Shown here one piece after another: positions 27,311 to 32,000 of a stretch of DNA of 32,000 bases. Made by a program: the position numbers and the translations under genes. Every line of letters starts with the position of its first letter. Position 1 is the stretch's first letter. The stretch spans positions 3,600,001 to 3,632,000 of the forward strand of contig NZ_CP021983.2 in the NCBI RefSeq assembly GCF_002075285.3, in the 5' to 3' direction. Below the pieces are notes generated by a model. That model worked only from the letters and a program-made list of their open reading frames with translations. It was not told the DNA's origin and made no database searches. The stretch is from Halomicronema hongdechloris C2206 (GTDB lineage Bacteria > Cyanobacteriota > Cyanobacteriia > Phormidesmidales > Phormidesmidaceae).

Positions 27311-27337
27311 AGAGATGACAAGAACGAGAGGACGACT

Positions 27338-28207
27338 ATGCAGATGTGGACTATTCTCGCAGAGCAGATCGCCAATGCCACGGGAGAACGGTTTCAACTA
27401 TGCGATCGCACCGCCATCGGAGGCGGCTGCATCAACCAGGCCTATCGTATTAGCGACGGCCAACGCTCCTATTTTCTGAAAGTCAACCAGGCCTCCCAGC
27501 TCGCCATGTTCGAAGCCGAGGCTCTGGGTCTGAAAGAGATCTACGACAGCCACACCATCCGCGTCCCCAAACCCATTTGCTGGGGCATCGCCGACAGCTC
27601 CGCCTACATCGTCATGGAATGGCTCGACTTCGGCAGCGGCAATCAAGATTCCTGGTATCAGATGGGCCAAAATTTGGCCGCCATGCATCGGGTCACCAAC
27701 CCCAAGGGCTTCGGCTGGGACCGCAACAACACCATCGGCGACACTCCCCAGCAAAACCCCTGGACCCAGGACTGGGTCGACTTCTACCGGGAACAGCGGC
27801 TGCGCTACCAATTCAGCCTGGCCCACCGCCGCGGCGGTCATTTTCCCAGAGAAGATGAGCTATTATCGGCAGTGCCGGCCCTGCTCTGCGGCCATGATCC
27901 GGCTCCGGCTCTGGTCCACGGTGACCTCTGGTCCGGCAATGCCTCCGTCACGCAAGCCGGGGAGCCCGTTATCCTCGACCCGGCCACCTACTACGGCGAT
28001 CGAGAAGTGGACATCGCCATGAGCGAACTCTTCGGCCGCTTTCCCACTCCCTTCTACCAGGGCTATGACGCTGCCTATCCCCTAGACGAAGGCTACGCCC
28101 AGCGCAAAACCCTCTACAACCTGTATCACATCATCAATCACTTCAATCTCTTCGGTGGCGGCTACGGCTCTCAGGCCAATCGCATGATCGACCAACTGTT
28201 GCCCTAG
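27338..28207 (+). CDS. fructosamine/ketosamine kinase family protein
   Basis: MQMWTILAEQIANATGERFQL...GGCINQAYRISDGQRSYFLKVN and the catalytic loop LVHGDLWSGN. The 368-aa ORF from 27101 is an antisense-overlap artefact, and homology begins at ATG 27338. Confidence 0.87.
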   Translation: MQMWTILAEQIANATGERFQLCDRTAIGGGCINQAYRISDGQRSYFLKVNQASQLAMFEAEALGLKEIYDSHTIRVPKPICWGIADSSAYIVMEWLDFGSGNQDSWYQMGQNLAAMHRVTNPKGFGWDRNNTIGDTPQQNPWTQDWVDFYREQRLRYQFSLAHRRGGHFPREDELLSAVPALLCGHDPAPALVHGDLWSGNASVTQAGEPVILDPATYYGDREVDIAMSELFGRFPTPFYQGYDAAYPLDEGYAQRKTLYNLYHIINHFNLFGGGYGSQANRMIDQLLP

Positions 28208-28260
28208 CCGGCAATAGTCGCTGCACCGTCTTCTTGGAGGGGAGCCACTGCTGGCCAAGG

Positions 28261-28817
28261 CTAATGCCCACTCGACAGGCTGTGGGATGGCTGCAGTGAG
28301 TAAAATGTCAGCTGCTGCCGTAGCTCACGCAGCATCACACTAGTCCCCCGCTGAAACGCCTGCTCTACAAGCTGAGGAATCACGTCACGGATAGGCCAAT
28401 TCGGGAAAGCCAGGCTGTTAGGGCTATCAACGTAGCTCTCTGCTTGTAGTTGGTAAATCGTCAGTTGGCCGCGGTCATAGATCCAGACTTCCGGCACCTG
28501 CAGGGCAGCATAGGCATCTAGGGTGGTTCTTGAGGTAACATCCGCCTCAATGGCCAAGTCGGTGGGTGATCTTGGGCATCCAAAAGCGCTTTGACAATAT
28601 CGGCAATCATGCGATGGGGACGTTCGTGGGCTGGCAGTGGGGACATGATGTCCAGGGTGCCCTCACAGTAGTTGATGCGCGGGATGCGGCGATCGGCACC
28701 AAGATCAGTGAGTAGGGTCTCGTACTGCTCCCAGGTCACATTGGGGATAAGGACATGACTACCGGGTGATAGATCGATGGTGGTGATGGGGATTTTAACC
28801 AGGTTCAATACCGTCAT
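28261..28817 (-). pseudogene. Uma2-family (DUF820) endonuclease with out-of-frame internal deletion
   Basis: The N-terminal ORF (28518..28817) has RINYCEGTLDIMSPLPAHERPHRMIADIVKALLDAQ. The C-terminal ORF (28261..28557) is in another frame with DLAIEADVTSRTTLDAYAALQVPEVWIYD. The ~50 residues normally between these blocks are absent. Confidence 0.78.
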
Positions 28818-28888
28818 GGCACCGATTCCCCCCAGGGAGTGCGACTCTATAGTTCATGCTACCGTTCTGTTGTTACCCAGATTCAACT

Positions 28889-29170
28889 ATGGCGATTCAA
28901 ATCCAATCGGAGACCCAAACCAATGATGGCTGGGCTTACGAGGTGACCCTTACCAATGGCCGCGAACACCGGTACCGCGTCACCCTCAGCCAGGCTGACT
29001 ACCAAGCCTGGTCCCAGGAACGGGTGCCCCCCGCCGCCGTGATCACCGCCGCCTTCGAATTCTTGTTGGCCCGCGAGCCCGCGAGCTCTATCCTCTCCAG
29101 CTTTGACTGCTCCGTGATTCGGCGCTACTTTCCCGCCGTCGATCGGGAATTGCCTAAACAGTTGGACTAG
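28889..29170 (+). CDS. hypothetical protein (93 aa)
   Basis: ATG 28889 gives MAIQIQSETQTNDGWAYEVTLTNGREHRYRVTLSQADYQAW...FEFLLAREPASSILSSFDCSVIRRYFP. Coding-like composition. No family name recalled. Confidence 0.58.
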   Translation: MAIQIQSETQTNDGWAYEVTLTNGREHRYRVTLSQADYQAWSQERVPPAAVITAAFEFLLAREPASSILSSFDCSVIRRYFPAVDRELPKQLD

Positions 29171-29320
29171 CCACAGCCTGAGGAGGTCATGCCCATGCTG
29201 CCTGGATCCCAATGGCGAAGATATTGTGCAGAGCAACAACTAAAATTGGCAACTTAGGACAGCACATCGACCAGCATTACCAGCCGCTGATCGAGCAGCA
29301 GAGTAATGCCAGCCAGTCGA

Positions 29321-30415
29321 TTAAGGGGCGTATCCAAAGCCTTTACGCTGCATTGAGACTTGCCAAACCGTCAGCTTGCCCGAGGCAGTGCCGCTGGCAA
29401 GATAGTCGCCACCAGGATGCCAGACCACCGCAGATACGCCTTCTGAATCTAGTGTAATGGCCTGAATGAGACGCTTTCCCCCCTGCCAAAGGCAGAGTTG
29501 CCCATCTTGACCAACGGAAGCTAGTAGTTGTGAGCCGGGCTGAAATGCGATCGCATTGACTCTGTCCCGGTGCCCCTGTAACACTGTCGAGCGCCAATCA
29601 GCACGCTGGGATTTGCCCCGTCGCCACACCGTAATGCCATCGACACAAGCGGCGGCTAACAGGGGTGAGTCCGACGACAGGGTCGGCTCAGACCAGGCCA
29701 GCTGTCGCACCTTGCCAGGAAACCCCTGCATTAACCAAGGAGGTGGGCAGTTCCACTCGGCCACCGTCAGGGTGCGATCTAAATTGCCCGAGCCCAGATA
29801 GCGCCCATCGGCAGACCAGGCCCCATAGAGGCTAGCCCCAGGGACGGCGATGAGTTTAGGCTCAGCCGTCCAATCCTCGCGATTCCAGACTCTGATGCCG
29901 CCATGGCCACTCACCGCCAGCAACTTGCCCTGAGGCTGCCAGGCCAGATGTAGCACAGACGATGTTTGAACATCTAATTGAGCCCACTGGAGATGGCCGG
30001 TCACATCCCAAATCTGCACCTGAGTCCCCACCCCATAGGCAAGCAGGTGCTCCTGGGGCTGCCAGGCGAGTCGATCAATCCACACCCCCGGATGAGATCG
30101 GGTGAAAGCCGCGGCCAGAGGCGATGGCGTTGAGGAGGCAGTGGGTAACGATCGCAACGACCACACCATCACCTGACCCGCCTGGCCACTGGCAGCCAGA
30201 AACTGGCCATCCCCAGAGAAAGCCAGGGCGTCCATGGACTGACCCGTAGCTCCTTGTAGCTCGACCCATGACTGCGACCGGTGATATAACCTCACCTCCC
30301 CTGCCGCCGACACCACTGCCAGCCAGTCTCCCCGGGAGGACCAGGCTAAGGCCGTGATGTAATCATTCAGAGAACTGTGCCACGATGCCGTGCACCTCAT
30401 GCCTGCAGTAATCAC
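29321..30415 (-). CDS. WD40 repeat protein, translationally coupled to the COG0523 GTPase
   Basis: Repeated WD40-like units (LAVVSAAGEVRLYH, LAASGQAGQVMVWS, LAVSGHGGIRVWN, LASVGQDGQLCLWQ, LASGTASGKLTVWQ). The GTG start at 30415 overlaps the upstream TGA (GTGA). An alternative start is ATG 30400. Confidence 0.85.
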   Translation of the reverse strand: MITAGMRCTASWHSSLNDYITALAWSSRGDWLAVVSAAGEVRLYHRSQSWVELQGATGQSMDALAFSGDGQFLAASGQAGQVMVWSLRSLPTASSTPSPLAAAFTRSHPGVWIDRLAWQPQEHLLAYGVGTQVQIWDVTGHLQWAQLDVQTSSVLHLAWQPQGKLLAVSGHGGIRVWNREDWTAEPKLIAVPGASLYGAWSADGRYLGSGNLDRTLTVAEWNCPPPWLMQGFPGKVRQLAWSEPTLSSDSPLLAAACVDGITVWRRGKSQRADWRSTVLQGHRDRVNAIAFQPGSQLLASVGQDGQLCLWQGGKRLIQAITLDSEGVSAVVWHPGGDYLASGTASGKLTVWQVSMQRKGFGYAP

Positions 30416-31374
30416 GCCAGACAGGCCCGAAACCCAGTTCGCAGTTCGGTTTCATCCAAGTTACGGCCAATCACCACCAGCTCGCTGCGGCGTTCTTCTG
30501 GGGAAGCCCAGAGGCGATCACTGCGCCCGTCAAAAATCATGTGCACCCCTTGAAATACATAACGCTCATCGGCACCAGCCAGATTCAAAATTCCCTTCAT
30601 GCGAAAAATGTCTGGCCCTTTGGTTTCCAATAACGTAGACACCCAGCGGCTGAGCTTATCACCATCGAGGGGCCGCGGCTCCACAATGGCCAGCGAATAG
30701 ACAGATTGATCATGGTCGTGGGCGATTTCATTCAGAAAGTTCGGATCCAACTCTAAGGCCCGATCTAAATCAAAGGCCCTCACCCCTAAGATGTGCTCCA
30801 TCTTGACGTTAGAACTTTGGCTGCGATAGAGCTTCACCATGGCATTCATGGCACGGATGCGTTGCTCTAACTGCTCGAGTTCGGACTCAGAGACTAAATC
30901 GGTTTTATTCAGCAAGATGACATCGGCAAAGGCAATTTGTTCCTGGGCTTCGTCACTGTCCCAGTGCTGCCAGATATGTTTGGCATCCACTACGGTCACA
31001 ACCGCATCCAAAACCAGTTGGGCTTTGAGATCTTCATCGACAAAGAAGGTTTGAATCACCGGCGCCGGGTCGGCCAGACCGGTGGTCTCAATCAGCAGGT
31101 GGTCAAAGCGCTCCCGACGTCGCATCAGGTTGCCGATGATGCGGATCAAATCTCCCCGTACGGTGCAGCAAATGCAGCCATTATTCATTTCAAAGATTTC
31201 TTCATCGGCATCAATCACCAGCTGATTGTCGATGCCCACCTCGCCAAATTCATTGACGATTACGGCTAATTTCTGGCCATGTTCATGGGTCAAAATGCGA
31301 TTGAGCAAGGTGGTTTTTCCGGCGCCTAAATAGCCGGTAATCACGGTTACTGGAACTGCTGTTGTGGTGGTCAT
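30412..31374 (-). CDS. COG0523-family (CobW/YeiR/ZigA-like) metallochaperone GTPase
   Basis: P-loop GYLGAGKTTLLN, metal motif GCICCTV, ETTGLADP, NKTD, and a CobW_C-like C-terminal domain. 320 aa. Confidence 0.9.
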   Translation of the reverse strand: MTTTTAVPVTVITGYLGAGKTTLLNRILTHEHGQKLAVIVNEFGEVGIDNQLVIDADEEIFEMNNGCICCTVRGDLIRIIGNLMRRRERFDHLLIETTGLADPAPVIQTFFVDEDLKAQLVLDAVVTVVDAKHIWQHWDSDEAQEQIAFADVILLNKTDLVSESELEQLEQRIRAMNAMVKLYRSQSSNVKMEHILGVRAFDLDRALELDPNFLNEIAHDHDQSVYSLAIVEPRPLDGDKLSRWVSTLLETKGPDIFRMKGILNLAGADERYVFQGVHMIFDGRSDRLWASPEERRSELVVIGRNLDETELRTGFRACLA

Positions 31375-31405
31375 AGGTCTGATTTAAGCGGTGGGCAAAT
31401 CGCCT

Positions 31406-31650
31406 TTAATCTACGCTGGCTTGCGGGGCCTGCCGTAGCTGCGCCTCGGTGATGGCAGCGACGGCAGCATGAATTTTGAAGGTCTGCGGCGGCTGGCTCA
31501 TGACGGCGATGACGGTTTCTACCGGCGGGCAACCGGGTTCGGTGCGGAAACCGGCGCCTCGGCCTCGAGGTTGAGGGTGGCATAGACCCAGGCTTTCAAC
31601 TGCTGCCGCTGGGCCACATCGGTTGTCGGGGGGCGATGGAATACATTCAT
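31406..31650 (-). pseudogene. small conserved protein upstream of COG0523, frameshifted
   Basis: ATG 31650 gives MNVFHRPPTTDVAQRQQLKAWVYATLNLEAEAPV and stops after 43 codons. A second frame continues FRTEPGCPPVETVIAVMSQPPQTFKIHAAVAAITEAQLRQA to the TAA at 31406-31408. Adding one A to the run at 31548-31550 joins them into an ~81-aa product. Confidence 0.5.
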
Positions 31651-31724
31651 GATGGCAAGGGGGCGAAGACTGGAGCGTGCTTATCGTCTTACCCAATTTA
31701 TGGTCCAGATAAAAGTAGCCTCTG

Positions 31725-32000
31725 TTACGCTTTTTCCATCTGTTGCGGCAGCCAAATTTGAAAGCAGGTGCCAACGCCCACCTGGCTGCGCACGGCAATG
31801 TTACCCCGTTGCAACTCGACAAATTGCTTGACGATGTTGAGCCCTAGGCCGGTGCCAGGGATATTGCTGACGTTGCGTCCGCGGTGGAAGGGCTCGAATA
31901 GATAGGGCTGGTCGGCGGCGGGAATGCCGATGCCCTCGTCTTCGATTTCAAACAGAATCTGCGGCGGCTGCGGTGAAATCCGGACCTGAATCGGCTTGTC
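31725..32000 (-). CDS. sensor histidine kinase, C-terminal HATPase_c part (5-prime end outside window)
   Basis: The frame is open to the window edge. Translation is FEIEDEGIGIPAADQPYLFEPFHRGRNVSNIPGTGLGLNIVKQFVELQRGNIAVRSQVGVGTCFQIWLP (G1 and G2 boxes). TAA at 31725-31727. Confidence 0.85.
   Translation of the reverse strand, partial: DKPIQVRISPQPPQILFEIEDEGIGIPAADQPYLFEPFHRGRNVSNIPGTGLGLNIVKQFVELQRGNIAVRSQVGVGTCFQIWLPQQMEKA

Noticed and set aside
27101-27337. An N-terminal extension of the fructosamine-kinase ORF (368-aa version), and the antisense ORF 27398..27841.
   Set aside because: The extension is antisense to the murJ 5-prime end and reads as low-complexity Gly/His/Gln sequence. Kinase homology starts at ATG 27338. 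ORF 27398..27841 is a shadow of the kinase gene.
29171-29457. A short ORF behind a strong GAGGAGG (ATG 29189, 22 codons then TAG), and ORF 29212..29457.
   Set aside because: The first is very short and ends at a stop with nothing recognisable. The second overlaps the 3-prime end of the WD40 gene in antisense. There is no supporting homology that I can see.
1-32000. A search for tRNA, rRNA, tmRNA, RNase P RNA, CRISPR repeats, IS elements or integrases.
   Set aside because: No T-arm/acceptor-like sequences, no GAGGAAAGUCC-type RNase P core, no regularly spaced direct repeats and no transposase- or integrase-like translations were seen in any frame. By-eye scanning can miss small RNAs.

Overview
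GC-rich chromosomal segment that is almost certainly cyanobacterial. It carries 15 perfect copies of the HIP1 octamer GCGATCGC, plus pentapeptide-repeat, Uma2, PEP-CTERM, WD40/TPR, DUF3179 and DUF309 genes. Content is mostly housekeeping, envelope and metabolism. Recognisable genes are msrP, a GspE/PilB-type ATPase, Tat-exported phoX, moaD, glgX, an lptA-like/lptB/lptFG operon, glmM, murJ, a fructosamine-kinase-family gene, a COG0523 GTPase translationally coupled to a WD40 gene, and the 3-prime end of a histidine kinase. I found no rRNA, tRNA, CRISPR array, transposase, integrase or recognisable defence or toxin module. The most unusual property is the density of damaged genes, at least nine loci. 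These are a Mn/Zn-type ABC importer (three in-frame TAG codons, a frameshift and two deletions), a DUF72 stub, a GNAT stub, a Uma2 gene with an internal deletion, an interrupted murJ, a frameshifted small gene upstream of COG0523, a frameshifted acidic protein, and a large signal peptide/PstS-like/WD40/TM/TPR gene shattered into several frames. Several long genes in the same window are perfectly intact. I cannot tell real genome erosion from assembly or indel error without reads. I see no convincing discrete novel system. The best second-look candidates are the PstS-like-WD40-TM-TPR mosaic, the interrupted murJ, the small-protein/COG0523/WD40 operon, a low-GC PEP-CTERM islet that truncates a DUF72 gene, and an accessory islet at 15.1-16.4 kb. 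All product calls come from reading the translations and recalling family motifs. No searches were run.
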